Assembly (NCBI GenBank): GCA_050293845.1
Contig: JBNKNM010000157.1
Span: 1-13,158 of the forward strand
Reading direction: 5' to 3'
DNA from: Pseudobacteriovorax sp.
GTDB taxonomy: Bacteria; Bdellovibrionota_B; Oligoflexia; Oligoflexales; Oligoflexaceae
DNA length: 13,158 nucleotides
Part shown: piece by piece, positions 1-8,890 of the stretch
How positions within the stretch are numbered: the stretch's first letter is position 1
Layout of the letters: the number at the start of each line of letters is the position of its first letter
Translations under genes and position numbers: made by a program
Notes under the pieces: generated by a model
The model's input: the letters and a program-made list of their open reading frames with translations, nothing else
What the model was told of the DNA's origin: nothing
Databases searched by the model: none

Positions 1-1367
1 TCTCTTTTGGCTAAATCACCACTTTTATACCAACCTTCAGGAGTAAAACATTTTTCGTAGCGTTCCTGCTGCCCCAGATACCCACGAAACATGGATGGCC
101 AAGGTGTTTTAAGGCAAAGCTCACCTTCTTCGCCCATGGGAGCTTCTCGATAGCCATTATCAGTTTGTTGCAGAATCGCGGCTTTGATACCTGGAAGGGG
201 TTTGCCCATAGCGCCAGGTTTGATATCCATGGATGCATAATTCGCTACCATAATACCACCGGTCTCTGTCTGCCACCAATTATCATGAATTGGAAGCTGA
301 AAGGCTTGTAAGCCCCATTTTATAGCCTCTGGATTCAAAGGCTCCCCAACGCTGGCGATGAACCTGAGTGAGCTGGTATCAAATTTTCGAACAACCTCTT
401 CACCAATTTTCATCATCATTCTCACAGCCGTAGGGGCTGTATACCAAACACTTACTTTTTGTTCTTGCAAAATACGATACCAGCGTTCAGCATCAAATTC
501 TCCTTCGTCTATAATCATAGTCACACCATGGGTTAGGGGGGAAATAATTCCGTAAGAGGTACCAGTCACCCACCCAGGATCTGCCGTGCACCAGTAGACA
601 TCATTTTCATGCAAGTCCAGAGCATACTTCCCTGTAATATGATGGGACAGTACCGCACCATGTACATGCATGGCTCCCTTTGGCTTACCGGTTGTACCAC
701 TGGTAAAGTGTAGCAATGCAGGAGTTTCTGGAGCAATAGGTTCCATTTCATAATTGCTATCAGCAACAGACATCATCCCATTATAGGAAACAATGCCGGG
801 AATGTCTGAGAATTCGGAATCCAAATCTCCAGTTAAAATGATATACTTCAAGTCACTTAATTGGTGACGCATCTTTGCAATTTTTCGCTTGTATAAATGG
901 GGGGTCGTCATTAAAACCTTGCATGTACCTAAATCCATGCGGGCTTTAATCGGTTCGGGGCCAAAGGCAGAAAATAGGGGAGAAAAGACGCAACCATGCT
1001 TAAGTGCGGCCAGCACTCCTATATACAGCTCTGGAACCCGGGGCATGAGAGCATAAAAGCCATCACCCTTAGTAATCCCTAAGCTGTTTAAGGCGTTGGC
1101 AAACTGATTGGTTTGTTCGAACAGCTGACCATAAGTAATATCCTCGTTATGACCAGTCTTAGCACACCATCTTATGGCTGTTTTGTTTTTTCTTTTAAAC
1201 TTCTCTACCTGCGCATCGACTGCAAAGTAGCCGATATTAGCATTACCCTCCTGAATTTTTTCCATTTCACTACGAGCAATTTCCCATGAAAAACCAGCAT
1301 ACGCTTTTTCATAGTCAGGCATATTAGACCCTTGAATTTGCTTATCTGATTTTTGAATTACACTCAT
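1..1367 (-). CDS. acsA: Acetate--CoA ligase (acetyl-CoA synthetase, AMP-forming); 3' end runs off the left edge
   Basis: Manual translation from ATG at 1367 stays open to the window edge: MSVIQKSDKQIQGSNMPDYEKAYAGFSWE...PLFSAFGPEPIKARM...LLHFTSGTTGKPKGAMHVH (AMP-binding motif)...YWCTADPGWVTGTSYGIISPL...SVGEPLNPEA...IHDNWWQTETGG...WPSMFRGYLG...WYKSGDLAKR. A GGGG run lies just upstream as a possible RBS. Missing from the ORF track because no stop lies inside the window. Confidence 0.95.
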   Translation of the reverse strand, partial: MSVIQKSDKQIQGSNMPDYEKAYAGFSWEIARSEMEKIQEGNANIGYFAVDAQVEKFKRKNKTAIRWCAKTGHNEDITYGQLFEQTNQFANALNSLGITKGDGFYALMPRVPELYIGVLAALKHGCVFSPLFSAFGPEPIKARMDLGTCKVLMTTPHLYKRKIAKMRHQLSDLKYIILTGDLDSEFSDIPGIVSYNGMMSVADSNYEMEPIAPETPALLHFTSGTTGKPKGAMHVHGAVLSHHITGKYALDLHENDVYWCTADPGWVTGTSYGIISPLTHGVTMIIDEGEFDAERWYRILQEQKVSVWYTAPTAVRMMMKIGEEVVRKFDTSSLRFIASVGEPLNPEAIKWGLQAFQLPIHDNWWQTETGGIMVANYASMDIKPGAMGKPLPGIKAAILQQTDNGYREAPMGEEGELCLKTPWPSMFRGYLGQQERYEKCFTPEGWYKSGDLAKR

Positions 1368-1409
1368 AATATCTGCCCCAGTATTTAACAAGATTTACAA
1401 TTTAACCAA

Positions 1410-1425
1410 AGCAATACACATGCCA
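1410..1425 (-). promoter_or_regulatory. Sigma54 (-24/-12) promoter of acsA
   Basis: Minus strand reads TGGCATGTGTATTGCT, matching TGGCAC-N5-TTGCW with exact GG-N10-GC spacing. The implied TSS (~1399) is about 32 nt before the ATG. Confidence 0.8.
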
Positions 1426-1448
1426 CTAGAATACCTTGTTTTATCTAG

Positions 1449-1461
1449 TAATAAACTGATA
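1449..1461 (-). promoter_or_regulatory. Putative IHF site
   Basis: Minus strand TATCAGTTTATTA matches WATCAR-N4-TTR and lies between the sigma54 site and the candidate activator sites, the usual position. Confidence 0.5.
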
Positions 1462-1474
1462 ATTTCATACAAAC

Positions 1475-1510
1475 TGTGCAGACTCACGCAGAAAAGTGTC
1501 ATATAGCAGA
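1475..1510. promoter_or_regulatory. Tandem candidate enhancer (UAS) sites for a sigma54 activator
   Basis: TGTGCagactcACGCA (1475-1490) and AGTGTcatataGCAGA (1495-1510): two imperfect 16-bp palindromes with a 20-bp period. They align with 5957-5992 upstream of ppsA. Confidence 0.5.
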
Positions 1511-1528
1511 ATAGCAATTAAGCTGAAT

Positions 1529-3094
1529 TCATTCATGGGCTAAAGATGTCAAAACCAATGAAAGCTGTTCACTAAGGGATTTTGTTGTGTCTATTTCAAT
1601 ATGGGGAAGTTCAGAAAAATCAAAATTGTAGGCTTGCCATTGCTGATGGTATAGATCTGCACGGGCTTCCGAGCCATATTGCTCATCCTGGGGACGTTGT
1701 TGAATTCTTTGGATAGCGATGTCATCAGGACATTTACAAAAGATAAATACAAACATGGCGTGAAAGGACTGTGCCAGCGCTTGCCACTGTTGACGGTGAA
1801 GTTTACTTGAAAAAGTTCCATCTACTACGACTGACTCGCCTTTGCTTAGGAGAGCTTCTCCTTGACCAACGAGACTCTGGTAAACCTCCTCACGACTTGC
1901 TGCTGAATATTTGCCCTGGTCAAACTCTTGGTCCGTCGGTAGCTTGGAAAATATCTGTTTCCTCACTAGATCGGTATGGATATCAGTGATGAAAAGCTCT
2001 CGGGCGAGGGCCGCCGCTAAAGTGGATTTTCCTGACCCCATAAGTCCACCGACGACTATGACTGTAGGACTTTGAATTTTTTGGCTATAATTATAGGCCA
2101 TTTCCATATGTTTGGCCAAATCCTGTTGGATTTGCACATTACTTTGGGATAATTGTGATTGTCTGATAGCAGCCACCTTTGCTCTTACGGAGGCGCGATA
2201 GCTTTTGAAAAAGCAAACCAATTCATTTGTAAATGGGTCCTCCATGCTCTCCCGGTAAATATTGAGAATGGTTTCGCCGATGTCAGCACGTCCCATAAAT
2301 TCGCACTCTTCAGCGAAAAAAGCTAACTCATCGACGATATCTAGAGAGCGATAATCCCGATTAAATTCGATACAATCGAAGATCTGTGGAGTCTCTTCAA
2401 AACAGATGTGTTCTGGTCGTAAATCACCATGACCATCAACGACAAAACCTCTATGAAATCGTTCCTGCAACAAGTCTTGATTTTGATAGAGAAACAGCAT
2501 CTGACTACTATGGATTTGTCTGACAATAGAGTTCTCAGAAATATACTGGGATAAGGATTGACCGTTATCGAATATATGTTGCTTCAATTGCAACAAGTAC
2601 TGCTGACCATCCCCTTCGATTTTATCTGTCGTCCTATAGAATGCGATTAGCTTTTCAGCTAAAGCCTGCATGTGGGATGACGATATATTACCTTTTTGCA
2701 TGAGATGGTCAAGAAACAAATTTTCATCTAGACGGCGCATTTTTACGGCATACTCAATCACAATTCCGGATTTAAAATTAAGGCTACCCTGTTCGTCCCT
2801 GAAAATGGGAGTCACTGCGATATAAACCTTATCGGCAAGCCTGCGATTCAAACTCAGTTCAGCATCACATGCTGTTTTACGTTGTTCTAGGCTGCCATAG
2901 TCGAGAAAATCGAATGTAACACGCTTCTTTATTTTATATGCAAAACGATCGGTCAGGAATACATCCGAGATATGAGTCGATATATGAGTGACTTGACTTG
3001 AGTCATCTTGGTAGGAATCTACCTGGGACAAGAAATCTAACACGTCTTGATAATCGGCAGAATATTTTGTTGGTACCCCATCGTCATTTTTCAT
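1529..3094 (-). CDS. Aminoglycoside-phosphotransferase-like kinase fused to a P-loop (AAA_33/gluconate-kinase-like) domain; COG2187+COG0645, Rv2004c-like
   Basis: N-domain motifs THISDVFLT, AYKIKK, ELSLNRRLA, VDGHGDLRPEHI and IFDCIEFN. C-domain has Walker A GLMGSGKST, TDLVRK and VVVDGTF. The longest ORF starts at 3121, but the sigma54 site at 3132-3148 puts the TSS near 3122, so the in-frame ATG at 3094 (GGATGG upstream) is preferred. Confidence 0.9.
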   Translation of the reverse strand: MKNDDGVPTKYSADYQDVLDFLSQVDSYQDDSSQVTHISTHISDVFLTDRFAYKIKKRVTFDFLDYGSLEQRKTACDAELSLNRRLADKVYIAVTPIFRDEQGSLNFKSGIVIEYAVKMRRLDENLFLDHLMQKGNISSSHMQALAEKLIAFYRTTDKIEGDGQQYLLQLKQHIFDNGQSLSQYISENSIVRQIHSSQMLFLYQNQDLLQERFHRGFVVDGHGDLRPEHICFEETPQIFDCIEFNRDYRSLDIVDELAFFAEECEFMGRADIGETILNIYRESMEDPFTNELVCFFKSYRASVRAKVAAIRQSQLSQSNVQIQQDLAKHMEMAYNYSQKIQSPTVIVVGGLMGSGKSTLAAALARELFITDIHTDLVRKQIFSKLPTDQEFDQGKYSAASREEVYQSLVGQGEALLSKGESVVVDGTFSSKLHRQQWQALAQSFHAMFVFIFCKCPDDIAIQRIQQRPQDEQYGSEARADLYHQQWQAYNFDFSELPHIEIDTTKSLSEQLSLVLTSLAHE

Positions 3095-3131
3095 AAGCCA
3101 TCCAGAACAATTCCCGCGCATTTCAATCCGA

Positions 3132-3148
3132 TGGCACTAATCATGCCA
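3132..3148 (-). promoter_or_regulatory. Sigma54-type promoter for the kinase gene (palindromic, readable on both strands)
   Basis: Minus strand TGGCATGATTAGTGCC and plus strand TGGCACTAATCATGCC both have GG-N10-GC spacing. Confidence 0.6.
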
Positions 3149-3178
3149 CCGGAAATTATACATAGCAATACTCAATCT

Positions 3179-3344
3179 CATATCCGGAATCCGAAAAAGT
3201 CATCGCTTATTGCGTTATGCCATCTTTACGAAATTCTCACGCCTTGGTACGCTGCGATTTAGTAAAGCTGTCATGCCTTGCACCTGATATTTTTTCGAAT
3301 CCCCTTAGGATCATTGTTATCCTTATGAATTTCTCCGATCAGGG
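3179..3344. repeat. Dispersed palindromic element, copy 1 (RPE-like/MITE-like long hairpin)
   Basis: Core 3182-3308 aligns by hand to 11658-11785 at 116/129 columns (10 substitutions, 3 gap positions). Nested inverted repeats: CGAAAAA/TTTTTCG, ATGCCATCTTTAC/GTAAAGCTGTCAT, AAATT/GATTT. The repeat is certain; its class is inferred. Confidence 0.9.
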
Positions 3345-3371
3345 TCATATTTATTCCTGATCCAGTCTTTC

Positions 3372-5780
3372 TCATTTCTTTTCGACCTCCTTAATACTCA
3401 TTGTAGTTTTAACAACGGTATCGGGATTTAGGGAAATGCTATGGATGCCCTGCTCAACTAAAAAAGTGGCAAATTCTGGATAATCACTGGGAGCCTGCCC
3501 ACAAATTCCGATTTTTGAATTGGTGGATCGTGCCGTTTTAATAACTTGACTGATAGTCCGCTTAACCGCTTCATTTCTCTCATCAAATATTTCTGATAGC
3601 AAAGCGGAATCACGATCTACTCCTAAGGTCAGCTGGGTTAAGTCATTGGAGCCGATGGAAAAGCCATCGAAAATTTCCGCAAATTCCTTAGCCAAAATTA
3701 CATTGCTAGGAATCTCACACATAACATAAACCTCTAGCCCGTTTTTACCACGCTCCAAACTATTTGCAGACATGACTTTGAGTACTTTTTGCCCCTCTTC
3801 TAATGTACGACAGAAGGGAATCATCACTTTAATATTAGTGAGTCCCATTTCCTCGCGACATTTTTTAATTGCTTGGCATTCTAAACCGAAGGCATCCCGG
3901 TACCTTTCGTTATAATACCGTGAAGCCCCTCTAAAGCCGATCATAGGATTATCTTCTTCAGGTTCAAACTGCTTGCCTCCCAAAAGATTAGCATATTCAT
4001 TGGTCTTGAAATCACTCATCCTGACAATGACATCCTTAGGATAAAAAGCAGCCCCTAGGGTGCTGATTCCCTGTGCCAATGTTTCTACAAAATAATCTGG
4101 CTTGTGGGGAAATCCGGCTGTCATTTCTTTGATTTGTGTCTTGGCTGCCTCATCCTTTAACTTGTCATAATGAATCAATGCCATGGGGTGGATTTTCACA
4201 TAGTGGTTAATAATAAACTCCATGCGAGCCAGGCCAACACCATCATTGGGAATCATGGATAAACGAAAAGCTTCATCAGGGTTCGCTAAATTCATCATGA
4301 TTTGAGTACGGGGTCGCTCTGTTAGGGATTTTATATCCACTTTTTCTTCTTCATATTTCAATAAGCCTTTATAAATAAACCCAACATCGCCTTCTGCACA
4401 GGAAACGGTTACCTTGTCACCATCTTTGAGAACCTGGGTTCCCACTTCAGTACCGACAATCGCAGGCAGCCCGAGTTCCCGACTAACTATAGCTGCATGG
4501 CAAGTACGGCCACCACGATTGGTAACAATGGCCGCAGCTTTTTTCATCATCGGTTCCCAGTCAGGATCGGTTTTGTCAGTAACGAGCACTTCACCAACTT
4601 CTAATTGGGCTAAATTAGCAACATCTTTAATAACGCGCACCTTGCCCTGGCCGATTTTTTCCCCAACACTGCGCCCCGTGACTAGAACAGGGCCTTTTTG
4701 CTTGATATGGAAAAAACTGGGTTCAAATTTGCTTTTCCGCGATTGAACTGTTTCGGGACGCGCTTGTAAAATAAACAACTCTCCTGTTTCTCCATCTTTT
4801 CCCCACTCCATATCCATGGGAGTATATTTTCCATTCAATGCTGAGTAATGCTCTTCGATGGTACATGCCCATTTTGCTAGCTGGAGGATTTCTTCATTGT
4901 TGATGGCAAATTTTTGCCGTTCGGAGGGAGCTACAGGTACATTTTTCACCATTTTACTGCCACCGATATCGTAAATAAGTTTAAACTCTTTTGAACCAAC
5001 GCGTTTTTGTAAAATCGGAGATTTGCCTTCCAAGAGTGTGGGCTTAAACACATAAAATTCATCTGGATTAACAGAACCTTGTACCACATTTTCTCCAAGA
5101 CCATAAGACGCGTTAATAAGGACGACATCCTTAAATCCTGTCTCCGTATCTATGGAAAACATAACTCCAGATGCGGCCAAGTCTGAACGCACCATAAGCT
5201 GGACACAAATGGACAGCGCTACATCAAAATGATCGAAGGATTTATGCTCACGATAAGAAATAGCCCGATCTGTAAACAAACTGGCAAAGCACTGCTTACA
5301 AGTTGCTAACAGCATTTTATCAGTACGAACGTTAAGATAGGTTTCCTGCTGGCCGGCAAAACTAGCATCCGGTAAATCTTCTGCTGTAGCACTACTTCTT
5401 ATCGCTACACTCGTTGCCGGATGATCGCCAGACAGCTCCTGATAGGCAGCGATAATTTCTTCAGATAACACACTTGGCATTTCCGCATTTAAAATAAGGT
5501 GACGAATTTGGCTACCAGCCTTTTGTAGTGATGGGGGATTGCTCAAATCGGAATCATTAATAATGTGTCTTATATTTTCTTCAAGGTGATTTTCCTTCAG
5601 ATAGAGCCAGTAGGCGGCGGCTGTAAGACCAAAACCGTTGGGAACCTGTACTCCCTTGTCTGTAAGGTTTTGGTACATTTCCCCTAAAGAAGCTGTCTTA
5701 CCACCAACCAGAGGAACATCTTTAATATTTATTTCTTTAAACCAACGGATAAATTCATAGTTTGATGTTTTGGCACTCAT
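3372..5780 (-). CDS. ppsA: Phosphoenolpyruvate synthase (pyruvate, water dikinase)
   Basis: VGGKTASLGEM, AIRSSATAEDLPDASFAGQQETYLN, ILQARPETV, phospho-His motif GGRTCHAAIVSRELG, VRMSDFKTNEY, GFSIGSNDLTQL and GICGQAPSD. 802 aa with a GGAGG RBS upstream. Confidence 0.98.
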   Translation of the reverse strand: MSAKTSNYEFIRWFKEINIKDVPLVGGKTASLGEMYQNLTDKGVQVPNGFGLTAAAYWLYLKENHLEENIRHIINDSDLSNPPSLQKAGSQIRHLILNAEMPSVLSEEIIAAYQELSGDHPATSVAIRSSATAEDLPDASFAGQQETYLNVRTDKMLLATCKQCFASLFTDRAISYREHKSFDHFDVALSICVQLMVRSDLAASGVMFSIDTETGFKDVVLINASYGLGENVVQGSVNPDEFYVFKPTLLEGKSPILQKRVGSKEFKLIYDIGGSKMVKNVPVAPSERQKFAINNEEILQLAKWACTIEEHYSALNGKYTPMDMEWGKDGETGELFILQARPETVQSRKSKFEPSFFHIKQKGPVLVTGRSVGEKIGQGKVRVIKDVANLAQLEVGEVLVTDKTDPDWEPMMKKAAAIVTNRGGRTCHAAIVSRELGLPAIVGTEVGTQVLKDGDKVTVSCAEGDVGFIYKGLLKYEEEKVDIKSLTERPRTQIMMNLANPDEAFRLSMIPNDGVGLARMEFIINHYVKIHPMALIHYDKLKDEAAKTQIKEMTAGFPHKPDYFVETLAQGISTLGAAFYPKDVIVRMSDFKTNEYANLLGGKQFEPEEDNPMIGFRGASRYYNERYRDAFGLECQAIKKCREEMGLTNIKVMIPFCRTLEEGQKVLKVMSANSLERGKNGLEVYVMCEIPSNVILAKEFAEIFDGFSIGSNDLTQLTLGVDRDSALLSEIFDERNEAVKRTISQVIKTARSTNSKIGICGQAPSDYPEFATFLVEQGIHSISLNPDTVVKTTMSIKEVEKK

Positions 5781-5825
5781 TGATGTTCCTCCAAAAATTA
5801 TGACTTGTCCCCATTATTTATACAG

Positions 5826-5841
5826 AGCAAAGAGGATGCCA
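5826..5841 (-). promoter_or_regulatory. Sigma54 (-24/-12) promoter of ppsA
   Basis: Minus strand TGGCATCCTCTTTGCT with exact GG-N10-GC and TTGC. The implied TSS (~5815) is about 35 nt before the ATG, similar to acsA. Confidence 0.8.
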
Positions 5842-5956
5842 CAAACCCTGAAAGCCCGAAAAGTTAGATCATAATTTTTAAGCTCTTAGATTAATTTGTT
5901 TAAAAGGAATGTGTCACATTATTCTTGAGCATTTTTTGAGAAATACAGAAAGTCAC

Positions 5957-5992
5957 TGTGCAATTTAACTCATGACTGAGTTATATAAATCA
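5957..5992. promoter_or_regulatory. Tandem candidate enhancer (UAS) sites in the divergent ppsA/ATPase intergenic region
   Basis: TGTGCaatttaACTCA (5957-5972) and TGAGTtatataAATCA (5977-5992), 20-bp period. Same layout as 1475-1510, including flanking ACTGTGCA, ATATA and TAGCAA. Confidence 0.55.
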
Positions 5993-6071
5993 ATTAGCAA
6001 GGTGTATAAGGTTTTTTACGGATTTGCTAGGTTTATTTCCTAGAAACCAAGCTATACTACCCTTCGGAATT

Positions 6072-6087
6072 TGGCATGAGGATGGTT
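6072..6087 (+). promoter_or_regulatory. Possible degenerate sigma54 promoter for the ATPase-antiporter operon
   Basis: TGGCATGAGGATGGTT has the same TGGCAT -24 box as the other three sites, but GT instead of GC at -12. Confidence 0.3.
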
Positions 6088-6148
6088 GAAAAATATGAAG
6101 CGTAAGGTATGGCAAACTTTCTAAGCTAAAGGTACAAAAGAGGTAGCC

Positions 6149-8890
6149 GTGAACCAAAATCAGGCAGTAGCAGATGATCAAATGAGTACAGTACACGATA
6201 AAAGTATTACAGATATTTGTAACAGTCTTACCACCAATCAGCACCAAGGACTGGCTGATCATGATGCCACGCAACGGCTTCAGCAGCATGGACCCAACCA
6301 GCTCTATGAAGCCCCTGCGGAACCTTTAATCATGATACTGCTGCGACAATTTAAGTCCATTGTCGTTCTCGTCCTAGTCATCGCAGCTATCTTATCAGGT
6401 GTCATCGGAGAATGGTTTGAGACCTGGGCCATCTTATCAATTGTTATCATGAATGGATTCCTAGGCTTTTTTCAGGAGTCAAAAGCTGAAAAAGCTTTAG
6501 CTACCTTAAAAAAACTATCCGCACCTCAAGCGAGAGTCGTAAGAGCTGGCCTTGAGCAGAGTATTCCTGCACGGGACCTTGTCATAGGTGACCTTATCTT
6601 AGTCGCTGCCGGAGATTTTATTCCTGCCGATGCCCGCCTAGTAGCTTGCTTTAGCTTTCGCACCCAAGAAGCTTCCCTGACCGGAGAATCGGAGCCTGTG
6701 AGCAAAAATGCTGCCGATACTTTAGCCACCAAAACCAACCTTGCAGAGCGCAGCAATATGATTTTTGCCGGTACCACCGCACTTTCTGGTCAGGCTTCTG
6801 CCATCGTGACAGCTACGGGGATGCAGTCAGAACTTGGTAAAATTGCAAAACTTCTAAAGCAAGAGCATAGTGAGCCCACTCCTTTGCAGCGACGACTCGC
6901 CGAACTGGGACGCTTACTGATGGTCCTTTGCTTGGTTATCGTCGCTATAGTTGCAGGTCTTCAATGGCTGCGGGGCGGTTCCTTTCATGAAATTTTTATC
7001 TTTGCCGTTAGTTTAGCTGTCGCCGCGGTTCCTGAAGGACTACCGGCAGTTGTCACTATTTCGTTAGCTTTTGGCCTTACACGCATGGCCAAAAGGAATG
7101 CCCTTATCCGCCGCCTCCCTAGTGTGGAAACCTTAGGTTCAGTGACGGTCATTTGCTCCGACAAAACCGGCACCCTGACTAGAAATGAGATGACTGTGCG
7201 CAATATCGTGGCTGGCGATACGATGTATAACATTAGTGGGAGCGGTTATAAACCAGTAGGCACTTTTACAGAAGCAGAGACCAAACAAGTCGTGGAACCC
7301 GCCCAGATTCCGGATTTAAAGCAAGTTCTGACCATAGGATTATACTGCAATCATGCCAATTTGAAAGAAACAGAACAGGGTTGGCAGGTCTTGGGTGATC
7401 CCACCGAAGGAGCACTCATAGTACTAGCAAAGAAGGCTTCTCTAGAGACCCATCATAGCGAGTATTCCGTTATTTATGAAATCCCCTTTGATGCAGATCG
7501 CAAGATGATGTCAGTTATTGTCAAAAACAACCAAGACCAAACATTCCAATTTGTAAAGGGAGCTCCTGAAGTACTTCTCAACAAGTGTAGCAAAATACAG
7601 ATCGATGAAAACGTCATCTCATGGGATCAAGGGCAATGGCAGCAAACCCTGGAAAAAGGTCAAAACATGGCCCAAGATGCTATGCGCGTCTTGGCCCTGG
7701 CCTTTAAAAAAGTGACTCCCCATCCCAGCAACCACTACCCCGAAGAAGAGCTGATTTTTGCAGGCCTGGTGGGAATGATCGACCCCCCCCGGATGGAGGT
7801 TAAAGATGCGGTTACTAAATGTAAAAGGGCAGGCATTACTCCTGTCATGATAACCGGTGATCACCCTGCCACAGGTCAGGCTATTGCCCAGGAGCTAGGT
7901 ATTAGCCATGCCGGTAATAAAGTTGTGACTGGACATGAACTGGATACTTGGGACGAAGACACCTTATACGATGCCGTGGATAAAGTCTCAGTCTATGCCC
8001 GCGTTACACCCGAGCATAAATTGCGTGTCGTTAAAGCCTGGAAAAAACGGGATCAAATTGTAGCCATGACCGGAGATGGAGTTAATGATGCTCCAGCCGT
8101 AAAAGCTGCTGATATCGGTATCGCCATGGGAATTACGGGCACTGACGTGACAAAGGAAGCTTCCGCCATGGTTCTTACCGATGATAATTTCACCTCCATT
8201 GTGAATGCCGTGGAGGAAGGGCGTGGTATTTTCGCTAATATCCAAAATATAATTCAATTTTTACTTGCTGGTAACACCGGGGAAATCCTCCTCGTACTGA
8301 TAGCTGCCCTTGCTGGATGGCCTACTCCGTTGATTGCCATGCAAATCCTGTGGATTAATCTTGTTACCGACGGCTTACCGGCTTTGGCGTTAGCCACGGA
8401 ATTTCCTGAAAAGGGCATCATGAGCGACCCACCACGGCCTGTCCATGAACCTATTTTTACCTGGCATCGCGGTCTGCGAATTCTCACACATGGGGCTTTG
8501 TTAGCTTCGGTTTCACTGCTAGGATATTGGTGGACCCTATTCCACGACAAAGAATCAGCAGGGAACGTCACCCAAGCTCAGGCTGTAGCCTTTTGTATCT
8601 GTGCCTTTGGACAGTTAGCATACTCATTCGCCTGTCGGAGTAGACGTTTTACCCTGCCAGAAATTGGCTTCTTTTCTAATAAACCTTTATTATTAGCGGT
8701 TTTGACTTCAGTACTGCTCCAACTGGCGGCGATATTTCTTCCAGGTTTTCAACAGTTTTTCTTCAGTGAAATACCCAACTTGAATATGGCAAATGCGGAG
8801 TTCATTGCGATCCTTTCCCTGATTCCCGTCACCTTTATAGAATTGCTTAAACTGATCACTCTTCGTTTGCAAAAAAGGGGAATTTTTTGA
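6149..8890 (+). CDS. Cation-transporting P-type ATPase, P2A (SERCA/CtpF-like Ca2+ or Na+ pump)
   Basis: TGES, PEGL, phosphorylation motif DKTGTLT, KGAPE, DPPR, MITGDH and [10 protein letters not shown]5 reads GNTGE and M6 reads [19 protein letters not shown] start with an AGAGG RBS. Confidence 0.96.
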   Translation: MNQNQAVADDQMSTVHDKSITDICNSLTTNQHQGLADHDATQRLQQHGPNQLYEAPAEPLIMILLRQFKSIVVLVLVIAAILSGVIGEWFETWAILSIVIMNGFLGFFQESKAEKALATLKKLSAPQARVVRAGLEQSIPARDLVIGDLILVAAGDFIPADARLVACFSFRTQEASLTGESEPVSKNAADTLATKTNLAERSNMIFAGTTALSGQASAIVTATGMQSELGKIAKLLKQEHSEPTPLQRRLAELGRLLMVLCLVIVAIVAGLQWLRGGSFHEIFIFAVSLAVAAVPEGLPAVVTISLAFGLTRMAKRNALIRRLPSVETLGSVTVICSDKTGTLTRNEMTVRNIVAGDTMYNISGSGYKPVGTFTEAETKQVVEPAQIPDLKQVLTIGLYCNHANLKETEQGWQVLGDPTEGALIVLAKKASLETHHSEYSVIYEIPFDADRKMMSVIVKNNQDQTFQFVKGAPEVLLNKCSKIQIDENVISWDQGQWQQTLEKGQNMAQDAMRVLALAFKKVTPHPSNHYPEEELIFAGLVGMIDPPRMEVKDAVTKCKRAGITPVMITGDHPATGQAIAQELGISHAGNKVVTGHELDTWDEDTLYDAVDKVSVYARVTPEHKLRVVKAWKKRDQIVAMTGDGVNDAPAVKAADIGIAMGITGTDVTKEASAMVLTDDNFTSIVNAVEEGRGIFANIQNIIQFLLAGNTGEILLVLIAALAGWPTPLIAMQILWINLVTDGLPALALATEFPEKGIMSDPPRPVHEPIFTWHRGLRILTHGALLASVSLLGYWWTLFHDKESAGNVTQAQAVAFCICAFGQLAYSFACRSRRFTLPEIGFFSNKPLLLAVLTSVLLQLAAIFLPGFQQFFFSEIPNLNMANAEFIAILSLIPVTFIELLKLITLRLQKRGIF

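Noticed and set aside
11..766. ORFs 11-238, 358-555 and 566-766
   Set aside because: Alternative-frame or antisense shadows inside acsA.
3179..3344. Repeat element as a CRISPR array, tRNA or known riboswitch
   Set aside because: No repeat-spacer periodicity, no cloverleaf and no riboswitch consensus I recognise. The downstream genes of the two copies are functionally unrelated.
1591..5128. Short ORFs 1591-1821, 1771-1989, 2341-2526, 3047-3262, 4414-4746 and 4946-5128
   Set aside because: They overlap the kinase, the repeat or ppsA and show no recognisable motifs.
7783..7790. C8 homopolymer in the ATPase as a phase-variation tract
   Set aside because: It encodes the conserved DPPR motif, is in frame and is short.
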